A stretch of 63,223 nucleotides of DNA, filler included, from Choristocarpus tenellus KU-1152 (taxonomy: Eukaryota; Protista; Phaeophyceae), in the NCBI GenBank assembly GCA_964200185.2. It is 13 parts of 13 records of this genome, joined end to end, with 100 filler letters (N's around TTAATTAATTAA, not from the genome) between each part and the next. Parts side by side here need not be neighbours in the genome. Positions count along the whole stretch, not along the records: positions 1 to 5,438 come from CAXNAD020010777.1; positions 5,539 to 9,568 come from CAXNAD020016586.1; positions 9,669 to 13,514 come from CAXNAD020017597.1; 10 more parts are not named here. One strand, given 5' to 3'. The position numbers and the translations under genes are program-made. Below are positions 1 to 10,845 of the stretch, one piece after another (the stretch's first letter is position 1; the number at the start of each line of letters is the position of its first letter). Below the pieces are notes generated by a model. The model had not been told where the DNA came from and did no database searches. It saw only the letters and a list, made by a program, of their open reading frames with translations.

Positions 1-63
1 CTCTCAAGTCTTCGCACACAGTGTTCTCCCCCCCCCCTGCAATCAAGCATTCCCCGAACACAC

Positions 64-94
<31 letters not shown>

Positions 95-177
95 AAAACC
101 TGACCAGCAAAAGAGATAACCCTTGATCCCCAAACTCCAGAGAAACATAGTAGTGCAATCAAGTTCGGTCCGCTCAC

Positions 178-3100
178 ATCTTCCGAAGTGTGGTCGTAGC
201 AACCCTTCATTGCCTCCCTCGCCCTCATAGCATAAGGCCTCGCCACATCCACAGGAAAACCGCTGACCAAAGCCCCCATCCCTATGGATGCCCACATGCA
301 CCCTACTGCCGCATCTAGCCTCGCCTCAGCCTCGCCCTTTCGCCCGCCCCCCTTCACTGCCAGAGCTGTGTCACAGCCCTTCCCTGCATCACCAACAGTA
401 CTTCCACTCCAAACACTCTCTCGAAAGACTTGCGGTCCCAGCAATCCCCCGCTCAGCACGTGGATCATTGCCCCTCTGAGTTCGTCCTGACCAGCAAGGC
501 GTTGAAGGGGAGGGAGGGCAGAGAGCGGAAGGAAAAGAGCATGGGCAACGTGAGGTTGGCTTGTACAGTCAGATAAGATTACACAGGCTGTTCGTCAGAA
601 AAGTATAGTGCACAAAAAAGACCCCTTGTAACTTGTACTTTTGGCATTGATACTGCGTGTCAGGAGGGCAGAAAGGACAAAAACTGCACAGGAGGATCAA
701 GGCGATCATCAAAAGGAAGAGCACAACTTCGCTGGCAATTGCACCCTCATCACATCACGCAGTTGGCCTGGGCAGTGGAATAAAACCAACACACTCTTCA
801 AACTGTCTTCAATATAAAATCTATAAGAGATGTGCCCTAGTGCCATGAAACCGTCCACTTCAGTGTTTCAAAAAATCTCATATTTGTTGATGACAAAAAA
901 CATTTCTAACTCAACTCGTGAATGGCTTTCACTTTGCTGAGGTGAGGAGCAGTGTGTTGGCAGGAGGAGGGAAAAAACCCAGGACTTTTCATCGGGCCAG
1001 GCAGTTAGCACATCCACCATCAGCCATATGGCCACAGACCAGTCCGTGGCCCAGTCATGCTGAAACATGGAAATAGCCATGGACTAGGTCATGTTCAAAC
1101 TTGGTTATACACGGCTGGTGGTGACCCCAGTCATGTTGAGTAAGTGATGGCCATGGACTAACATGAAACATGTTACCACTCTTCTTGAACATCGTATCCT
1201 GATTTTTAAGCTTCTACTCTAAGTGCTAAATATATTATATATGGTGATATTTCTATATTGTTACATAACGTTCTATTTAGAACATTAAAATCATAAAATC
1301 AATATAAATACGTTGTTCAGTGTCTGACGTGATTTATGATCTTCTGTGTGCGTGAACGTCTCACATTCCCGCTCGTGTAAAACAAAATAATGGACATGGT
1401 CCAGACATGCCAGAAAAATAATGAACAAAATGGGTGGCCATTATCCACACACGCATCGAAAAAAGTTAGACTCACTGACCAGTGGACATGGACCAATACA
1501 ATACCCCATGGACATGGACCGGGCATGTCAGAGTAGTTCGGCCTGGTCCAGCCAGCAGACATGAACCAGGATATGTTAAAATAATTGTGGGGCCGGTCCG
1601 GACATGACATGGCCCGGTTCAAGACCTAGTGGGCATGGAGTGGGACATGTCAAATAATTGTGGGACCAGTCCGGGCTGTGGACAGGGTGTTTCAAAGTTG
1701 CTGACCCAGTGAAAAGCCCTGACACCTACCTCCATGACCACCTGCATACAGGAACCCCAGACAGCAAAGTAAGTGTTCAGATATTGATTTTCTGCAAGTC
1801 CAATCAAGCCCGTCGCCCCAGACGGCGAAAAATTCATACCTCTCACAGGTGGGAGTCCTTGGTTCTTGGTCACAGCAACACCCACAACGGTGGCAAGTAG
1901 AAGGATACAAGGGTTAGGAAGGCATGCAATTAATATAACTAGAAAACATGGTGTGCGGGAGATCAGGGTAGTGGACAGAAGGAAAAACACAAGTCCATTA
2001 AGCAGAGTGGAAGACAACTAGCAGAGGGCACAAGATTAGGACAGGTGGAGAAAAATAACACTAGGGGAAACATCAAGGACTTGGGTAGCATATCAATGAC
2101 ATGGATATCAGGGAGGGGTGTGATGTGTTGGGGTGCACTGTCAGAGGTACGTCCGGTTCTAGGGCTATGAATCAGGCCTTGGCTCACCCGCTGTTGCCCA
2201 ACCATCAAAACAGTTTCCCCCCCCCCTTCACCAGAGGTTGATAACCCATCCATCACATATGCCGCTTCATTGTCTGGGCTAGTCCTCCCCAATTCCCCTT
2301 CCAACTCATTTAAATGACTTTCCCTACGACGTTTTGGCTTGGGCCCTCTGCAAGTACCAGTTAATAGTGGCAGGGATGAAGGTTCAGGTGTGAGCAAGAC
2401 ATACTTGTGAAATGCACAAAGAACTACTCCAACAAACGAACATTCAATGCACAGAAAAAGGAGGAACAAATCATCACAAGTACAAGAGCCAACTCATCGC
2501 CACAATAACTAAGAAAAAACAATTGTGTTGATCCCTTGTTCCAGTAAGAGGCTTTGCCAGGTGAGACCTCAACATAATTTCTATCGTAATACTGTCATTT
2601 TTCCTTGCTTGTTTGACAGTTTGCCTCGCGCCAAACAACTAGCTGCAAAATATGCATCCATACAAACTTTAGATACTTCGAGGAGTGTTACCATCATCCA
2701 TCTCATCGCACAATATTCCAGTCCAATCACCCCGCTCCCAAAAGAAAAACGTGACAAAAGCGTAACATAACAAGCGCCACAACAACAGAGTTGGTGAACA
2801 TATTCTACGAGTGAACAGATAGTAAGATCTCTGCTTAAATCAATGATGACACAGATAATGTGCAGAGTGAAGAGGACCAAACGAGGGCTTCAGAAAAAAT
2901 ACACTTGTACCAGATCCACTGTTCGTCCACTGACTCTTTCACGAGGTGCGTCCTGCCTCGAATGGTTATTCACAACCAAGACTATACCCATCCCAGGAAG
3001 AGGACATGCAAAGGAGGAGGTTGCACATTCGATATCTTGCCTACTCTATATCGATTGACCATCCAGCTCCTTACAAATCTGATTGTCTCACCTTCTTTCC

Positions 3101-3580
3101 TTCTTACTATATGAGCAAGGTGTGCCTTTCGCTCGACACAGAGAGCAGGGCTTCCTCCCATCGCCATCGCATCGCCTGGCATGATCGATTCAGCGTTCGG
3201 GGAAGAACATAGCCGTGTCATAATTGACGCTGTGGCGGTGGGAGAACGGGGTATCTTACCCAGTGACACTCAATAGTTTAAGGGGTGGTGGGCAATCTCC
3301 GACGACGAACTCATTGTTGCAGCAATCGATGGAGGGCACCATTTGTTTCTAAAGTCCTCCTCTCATCTACCACCAAAGAGATGTCCAATGTGCCATAGAC
3401 CCTGCCCCTCAACATTCCACCAATCACAAAAGATGTTTCCAATGGGATATCAAAGTTCCTACCCTACCTCTTCCTCAAACAACACAAATCGCACGATTTG
3501 CGAAGTTCATTCTTCAACTTTGTCGCGGGATTCTCCTGATTCTCCACCAGAACTACATTCGTTTTCGAGAGCTCCGCCAT
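178..3580 (-). CDS. Zn(II)2Cys6 (fungal-type binuclear cluster) transcription factor, 5' part; 3' end runs off the window
   Basis: Phase-consistent GT-AG exons: 3580-3468, 3175-3092, 2347-2232 (or 2188), 1857 (or 1864)-1730, 486-~178. Spliced protein MAELSK...LRKSCDLCCLRKRRCDGDGRKPCSLCRAKGTPCSYSKKERRGPKPK gives C-X2-C-X6-C-X7-C-X2-C-X6-C. Downstream blocks SPSGATGLIGLAENQYL and MWASIGMGALVSGFP resemble, from recollection, the brown-algal Zn2Cys6 family. Exon 3/4 junction is ambiguous. Confidence 0.9.
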
Positions 3581-3590
3581 GGCGATGCAG

Positions 3591-3623
3591 GGTCTCCCTG
3601 AGGTTTCCCTGAGGTCTCCCTGA
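3591..3623. repeat. 3 x 11-bp tandem repeat (GGTYTCCCTGA) just upstream of the Zn2Cys6 ATG
   Basis: GGTCTCCCTGA GGTTTCCCTGA GGTCTCCCTGA read directly. Confidence 0.85.
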
Positions 3624-4708
3624 GCACCAAATTTCAAAGTACAAGTTACTCACTTCCAGCAACGTACACGTGATGCAGACAATAACAACATATCCCGTTC
3701 CTGAGACACCGAATTATTCAACCCACAACTTGCGTGTCAACACACTGAAGTGTGTAATTAGAGGGACCAGAAGGAGAGCAGAGAGGTACCGGTATGTTCT
3801 GTTCTACTTACACCACTCCCACGAGTGCGGTTTCTATTTATATCTCTTAGGTTATGTGTTGTTAGCATCAGTTTTCTCCTGCAATAAAGGATCGCTATAT
3901 ATCGACTTTTGCGATACATATTTTCGACCTGAACCTTCATTTTACACTATTAATAAAAATATTGATGTAATAGAGGGCATAATAATAAAATATAATTAGA
4001 CTATATATATGGATTTTTGTGTTGGCAGTCAAATATGGAGGATAGTAGTCCATTCACAACTAACGGTAGTGGACCAAAATTTCTTAGTAGATGTGTTCTA
4101 TTCTGGACCAGTTGCGGACGCTGGATCGGCTCCCGACCAGGTCAAAGCCCTCCTCCTACATGTGCCTGTAGAATTGCACGCACATCCCATCTGCCACAGT
4201 CATCCACTAGCAATGGTGTAGCTGCTGCTGCAGCTAAGACACGAAAGTGCATCCTCAATACCCTTCCTTGCAGTGGGAAAATTTGGACTCCTCGGTAATT
4301 AAGCGGAGAGTTTTCTGGATGAGTTAGCTACATGTACGTGCAGTGGGGGGGAGAGGGGTGGGAGGTTATAGTAGGAAAGGGATTGTCAAATCCCGCTTAC
4401 GACAAGTAGTGTTTGTCACTACACAAGTTGGTCTCTCTAGACGTGTCGTGCGTTTCAAGCTAGAGACACCAGTAAGAAGGGGACAGTCAGATTCTTGGGA
4501 TGCTTCCCTAGCTCCTCACTCACTTGTGTAGGGCTAAGCTAGAAGATGCAAAGCAGCAATGTACACATAACATTGTAATTGCCAACCTTCAACAGAGTGT
4601 TGTAGTATAGCTGGTATTCAAATAGGAAGCAGATATTGGAGAAATGTGTCAAATAACGTAGTGTTATCCTTACGTTGTCTGTGCTGATACAGGTATGTAA
4701 TCCACGCA

Positions 4709-5438
4709 ATGTCTTATAGTATTCTTATGTTTAGGACATTTTATATACACGTATGTATATAGTTTTCATTGGTTTCCCCCTGACACATCTGCAAAATGTC
4801 AGAGGGCATAATAAAAAAAATTATTAAAATAGGCTTCAAGTAAGTACGTTTATCATTGGTTCGGTACAATTTAAAGTTTCATTGGTTTCCCCCCTGACAC
4901 ATCTGCAATGCAAATCTGCAGAAATATATAATATAAAGTTATTATTATGCCCTCTGACATTTTGCAGGGGGGAAACCAATGACAACTATATATATGTTTT
5001 ATTATTATGCCCTCTGACATTTTGCAGGGGGGAAACCAATGACAACTATATATATGTTTTATTATTATGCCCTCTGACATTTTGCACATGTGTCAGGGGG
5101 AAACCAATGAAAACTATATACATATGTGTATATAAAATGTCCTAAACATAAGAATACTATAAGACATATATATATGTCGTTGTTAGCCCTAAAGAAATAA
5201 ATATCCTAAAAAAAGTAGTGCATAGCGGTATGGTCGGTCAATGGGTCAATATATATATATCTTATTTTATTATTATGCCCTCTGCAGATGTGTCAGGGGG
5301 GAAACCAATAAAAACTATATATACACATATATATACACATGCAAAATGTCAGAGGGCATAATAATAATATATATTATATTATTATGGCCTCTGACATTTT
5401 GCAGATGTGTCAGGGGAAAACCAATGAAAACTATATAC
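4709..5438. repeat. Cluster of ~60-bp hairpin repeats in tandem and inverted orientation, including a ~105-bp-arm foldback (4709-4813 / 5062-5167)
   Basis: Unit TTATTATGCCCTCTGACATTTTGCAG(ATGTGTCAG)GGGGAAACCAATGAAAACTATATA. Direct copies at 4941, 5001, 5061, ~5269, ~5380; inverted copies at ~4755-4813, ~4876-4907, ~5339-5370. Confidence 0.9.
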
Positions 5439-5538
5439 NNNNNNNNNNNNNNNNNNNNNNNNNNNNNNNNNNNNNNNNNNNNTTAATTAATTAANNNNNN
5501 NNNNNNNNNNNNNNNNNNNNNNNNNNNNNNNNNNNNNN
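5439..5538. other. Artificial contig-joining spacer N44-TTAATTAATTAA-N44 (first of 12)
   Basis: Identical 100-bp spacers at 5439-5538, 9569-9668, 13515-13614, 18733-18832, 22972-23071, 28858-28957, 34113-34212, 41857-41956, 48253-48352, 52571-52670, 57336-57435, 60228-60327. TTAATTAATTAA puts stops in all six frames. Confidence 0.98.
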
Positions 5539-7983
5539 CTGCGTTGGATTGCTTGCTTGAATAATTAGTGCGGTCGGTGGAGTCGTTTGACTGTCGATGG
5601 TGGAGCCGGTAGAAAAAAATAGTACTTCGAAGTAGTTTTTGGGGGGGCGGTATTTCGTTGTCATTATGGATGGTTGACTGACTGAGAAGTGTTATTTTCC
5701 CATATTATTAAATTGTTTATCAATTATTGCTATCATCGCCAAGCGGAAGAAGAAGCTACCACTGAGCGCATGTAAGTGTTGACATTATATGATGATCGAC
5801 CTCTTTGAACGAATATCTCAGTCGTGCCCGAAATATCTTTGTATCATACAAAAAGGCTTGCCCCTACACAAAACACACACACACACACACACAGGTCGCA
5901 CGGAAATGCAAAACGGGATGATATCATGTGAGGACTTCTTCTGAACAGAAAACAGCAGAAGCATAGAGGATCGATCACGAAGTCCTCCCCAAAACGAGAT
6001 TGTATCATACGAAGGCTCTTCCCTCATCAATTCCACACATTGAAATATATGTATGTATCGCTAGTTTTTATATGAGTACCTATTATAAATTCCACGACAC
6101 CTCTTTCTGGGTTCAACATATTTGTCAACCTATACGGAAGACATTGAAGGTGTGTTATCTGTGGTGCTATCTTATGTGGACATGGCGACAACCAAAACCA
6201 ATTTTCTATTAAAGGAAGTCTGGCATGGTGGAGTTTGAAGCCACAAAAGCAGCTATGATAACGTCCACAAGCTGACTGACAAGGTGGATAGCATTGTTGC
6301 CTTGCCCTCCATTGCACAATCTGAAAGATCATTTCACATTTTTTGATCATAGTACCCACAGGTATCCTTTATGAGTACTTGCCTTTGTACAACATGTCAC
6401 ACACTGGGCAAACAAGTATCCCTTGATTGGGAATATTCGGATTGAGTTGCAGTCAGTAGCCTCAGTAACTGATGTTCATTGGCAGTTTGGCATTCTATCT
6501 CAATGTCCACACTCATTATTCCCACTACAATAAGGTCTCCCTCGAGTGTACCAGAAAGGGGAATGAATTTGTTGGGATAATTTTGAAGAAAACTACCTTG
6601 CAACCTACTTCCTGCCAGTCGAGATGAGAGTATTGAGGTTTATGTGACTTTCAGGTTCACTTCATCAGGCGTTCTGGCATCTGGTAAACATGAAGGGGGG
6701 AAATGTGGGATCCATGCTGTAGTCGATGCAATTGGAGAGAGGCCAAGGTGGGAGTGTCGTCTGGACACCATCCATGTTGCTCTGCCATATCTGCTCCTCA
6801 GGTAAACACCCCTGTGACAAATACACCCTTTCGTTCACTCCCAGGTAAACCAGGGATGTCTGAATGCCCCTCCCCCAGGCAGCAGCTCCGGACAATCGCA
6901 TCTCCCCATCCCTGTGGTACACCCTTCCCCCACAGGCGTAGTGGCTAAGGAACCAAGAAAGATGTTATCATCCCCTGCACACAATTCAGGTTACACACAG
7001 AAGAAGAGTACCAAACATACATGAAAGGAGTCTACATTATGTGTAACCATTGGAAACTACTTCAAGGTATTCTGCTACACAGAAGACCCCATTCACATAC
7101 CACACTAAACAACAGCTAATGCAAGAGGCACTCCTCCACACTTCACCTCCACCCCCTCCCTCCAATCCCACACCCCACCTTCTAAACAGACACGCACGTA
7201 ACTCCCATGGTATGTACTCATGAGCAGACTGAAGATGAGCAAAACAATACACCAGTTCTATCTTAATCACCCAACTAACTAAATTGGCCATTGAGCTCTA
7301 GCTGTCTGTCTTGCCATTGCACTATCCTGAGGTTAGCAAAGGCAAACAAAACTTGTCTTTATGGGGTAGACTATAGAATCAAGATCTGAAAAAAAAGGTC
7401 CTACTGCACAGCTGAGTCAAGTCCTCAACCATTTTGAGGGGTGACAAACAGCAAGACAAAGCACAAAGGGTGAGAATCATACAAGGGCACAAGAAATCTA
7501 CATCAAACAAAAAACCGTTAAGGAAAAGCAAACCACCTCCCCCCCCTCACAAAAAACCAAACTGTATCTCTCAGCTCAAACACTGCAAAACCTCTCTCTC
7601 TCTCTCTCTTGACAGAACACTGAATGTATGTCGATCAGCAAACATCGCTGTCAATACATCACTGAGGCACCCAATAAAAATCTTAAGTGGGTATTGCAAT
7701 GTTACACGCTACACAATCAAAGTAGTGCATCGAGCAAGGATGCCCGCCTCCAAGCTTTTGATCTGTAGAGAGTAGTAGACGAAGGGAAGAAAGAACCTTC
7801 AACAACTCAGTTGCTTAAAAAACACATGTCACATACTCATCAACACACAACCTTCACTGTGTCTGGATCATCACTGGTCAAGACAGGAAAGAGAGTAGCA
7901 GCCGTATCATCCCAATCTACCCAACCACCCTACCCCATTTACCACATACCCACACCTCAAAACCTTTCCTCTCTCCAACTATC

Positions 7984-9568
7984 TTATGCCTTGATGGAGG
8001 CCATCATGGCCTGGATCTGCTCCTGAGCCTCCTTCATGGCCTCAGGATCCTTCATCATTTCCTCCATGCCCTTTCCTGCCTGAAGTGTCAATTTCATGTA
8101 TTGGAGTGATTGGGCAGTACCAGTGAGCATGGTGTTGTCGACTCTCTTCACAACTGGACCAGTTCAGCAATTGAATAAAACATTGCGATGGCACAACCAC
8201 GTTATGCAACATTGTGACACCTAGTTCCAATTCTTAAAAATATGGTTTTTTCATGTGCGTTTGAATAATGACCACATTGAGGTGATTCAAAAAGATCACA
8301 TGCCGGACAAATAATGATTTAACCCACTAGTGCTTCACAAGTCAATGTAATACAAACAAAAGTGCGTGAAAATAGTCGTTATACCACTCCACTATCTCCG
8401 AACCTGCACAAACAATTCTTCACTATAAAACAAGTCAATAGTTTAATCCTTTCCCAGTGACTTGTGCTTACGACGTGAGTCACAAGTTGTACAAATCAGT
8501 GTTGATTCATCATCTAACCAGCTATTCAGAATATTTGTCCCACATTTACTCTCAGAAATATCACTGGGTACAAAACACTTGGTATCCACAAACGATGGAG
8601 TTGATTCCTAATCTTATTACTTGTCAGGATGTGCTCCGACACGCACAAGTCAGATTCATGACAAGAACGACCCCATTGATTTGGGCAGAAATTGATATAT
8701 TTGCCACAAGTCAGATTTGACTTGTCCAAGGCGAGGAAATGTTTAGATGATACCACCATGCCAGGATGTAATTCGTTTGTACAATACCTACAAACTTCTT
8801 GATCGTGCATGCACCAAATAGCATACATAAACTCAGCTATTGCTCCACTCAATATGCCACCCTCTGAGTATCACAGATCGCTAAATTTGTTTTTCTCTTA
8901 AGTACCGAAAGCAAAGCAAAGCAAAGCAAACACACTGTAAGCTATTCTGGGCAACCACATCAATGCAGTGCTACAGGACAAGTACCTCCTTCATGGCTTC
9001 CTTCATGGCTGGGTCATTCATCACTTTCTCCATCTCTTTGGCAAACTCTGGGTTCTTCATCACAGCCTCCATCTGTACACAAACAGGCATTGGACCCATT
9101 CTTGAGTTGGAATAGTAAGACAACACAGGCATGTCGTGCTACCGGCTTCAATTCTTCAGTCCAAATTAAAACCATTCAGTAAGAACTGTACCTCTGAAAA
9201 CTGATTACCACAGTGTCCTCATTGCTTGCCTACAACTGGAGGCTGGAAGTTGTTGACTAATGGATATTGAACCACAGTGAAAGACATACAAAAAAAACAG
9301 CATCAGACACATACATACTCCCCCCCCACGCCCCTTCTCCTACCACACTAAAATCAAATGTTTAAAACTAGGAAGGAACAAAAAGGTCTCACACCAACCG
9401 ATGCACAGCAGAAAAGAAAGCAACTAATAACTAATACACACGCCTTTTCTAGACAAAACCCACTCTTCACGAAGCCCACCCAACCCCATTTTTCGAGTCC
9501 TCACACACACACCTGCTTGACCATCTCAGGGTCCTTGAGCATTTCCAAGGCGTCCTTCATGAAATTAG
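7984..9568 (-). CDS. STI1/HOP DP-repeat (Met-rich) co-chaperone-like protein, last three exons; 5' end lost at contig break
   Basis: Exons 9568-9513 (NFMKDALEMLKDPEMVKQ), 9072-8986 (MEAVMKNPEFAKEMEKVMNDPAMKEAMKE), 8079-7984 (AGKGMEEMMKDPEAMKEAQEQIQAMMASIKA*). All junctions GT-AG, phase 0. Repeated M-x-(D/N)P motifs are typical of STI1 domains. Confidence 0.8.
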
Positions 9569-10706
9569 NNNNNNNNNNNNNNNNNNNNNNNNNNNNNNNN
9601 NNNNNNNNNNNNTTAATTAATTAANNNNNNNNNNNNNNNNNNNNNNNNNNNNNNNNNNNNNNNNNNNNCCCCCCCCAGATACTTTGGGCCTTACTATTTA
9701 TTACTCGTACTAGTGCAACCAGTCCCAAGATTCGCCATAGTAAAAAAAGGTAGCCCGAGAAGTAGTAACAGGAAATAGTTGGAGGGTCATCTTGTCGTTG
9801 TAGAAGGGGTTGACGTTGAGTATCTGAGGTACTTGAGACTGCCTCTGGTACATGCATACAGACGCTTCTCTAACACTCTGGAGGGCAACTTCGCACTTTT
9901 AAGTTCACGAACAATCATTCACCTTCTCTACCGCAGCCACAGCCCCTTAAAAGGGGGGAGATAAATTAATCTCAGGTGCACGAGAAAAGGTTAGGCAGAA
10001 CGTTCAGCCCTAAATACTCGAAAGGGTCTACAAATAGACTCCACCCTCCAAGATAGGATGGACCAGAAGCAACAAATAAATTCAGGAATAATAGAAGGAA
10101 AATTAATGTAGAGATAAAGAGGGGCAGTCGAGGCCCAGCCTCTAGTCACTAACACCGAGGACTTCCTTGGTAGATTACATCAATACACCAGCATCTCAAA
10201 AATAATAATAGTAGTATGGGAAAGAGCAAAATCAGTGGTACATCTAGTCTATTCGTCTGAACACCGATCGTAGCATGTGGCAAGAAAGGTGGGCAATCAG
10301 CCCGCGAAACAGACAACGTGTATGTATCATATTGTGTACGAACGGATTTTCTTTACCGACGTGACAGCATGTGCAAATTGTTACTGGACATAATAATAAT
10401 TCAAATGTATGACATAGAAACTTTTGTCGACAATATACATACTTGTCATACCCTATGTTCTTTTCGAAGGTTCGTGCATATTCAGTTGAATATTACTAGT
10501 AGAACCACCTCAATAAAAGATCATAACACAGATAGGTGATACAGGGCATCCTCTTGAACCCAAGCAAGGTGGTGCTACAAGATCAACATATCAAAACACA
10601 AACAACCCCACAGAACATAATAATGATGAAACAGTGAGTATGATATGATGTGAGTGATTTAGGAAGAAAATATGAGAAGTAATAACTCAACTAGGTAGTC
10701 CTCATT

Positions 10707-10845
10707 TAACAGTCGATTTCAAAAATTGAGGATGGGCTATTATGTAATACAAAAAAAAACATATCGACACTTTATTCCAGTCAATTTGGGGTCAAGCCCA
10801 TCCTCAATGAAAAGCTCCATCCTCAATTTTTGAAATCGACTGTTA
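10707..10845. mobile_element. Short MITE (~135 bp), Tc1/mariner-like
   Basis: Perfect 29-bp inverted repeat TAACAGTCGATTTCAAAAATTGAGGATGG (10707-10735) / CCATCCTCAATTTTTGAAATCGACTGTTA (10817-10845). The outer TA can be read as the TSD. A third partial subterminal motif lies at ~10797-10808. Confidence 0.75.

Noticed and set aside
4941-5121. CRISPR-like array of palindromic repeats
   Set aside because: Units are contiguous near-identical 60-mers with no unique spacers, occur in both orientations, and have no cas genes nearby in a eukaryotic context.
5483-5494. Recurrent TTAATTAATTAA palindrome as a biological repeat, recombination site or CRISPR-like repeat
   Set aside because: Always centred in exactly 44+44 Ns; it is an assembly linker. 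ORFs ending in X-runs or 'LIN' are artefacts of it.
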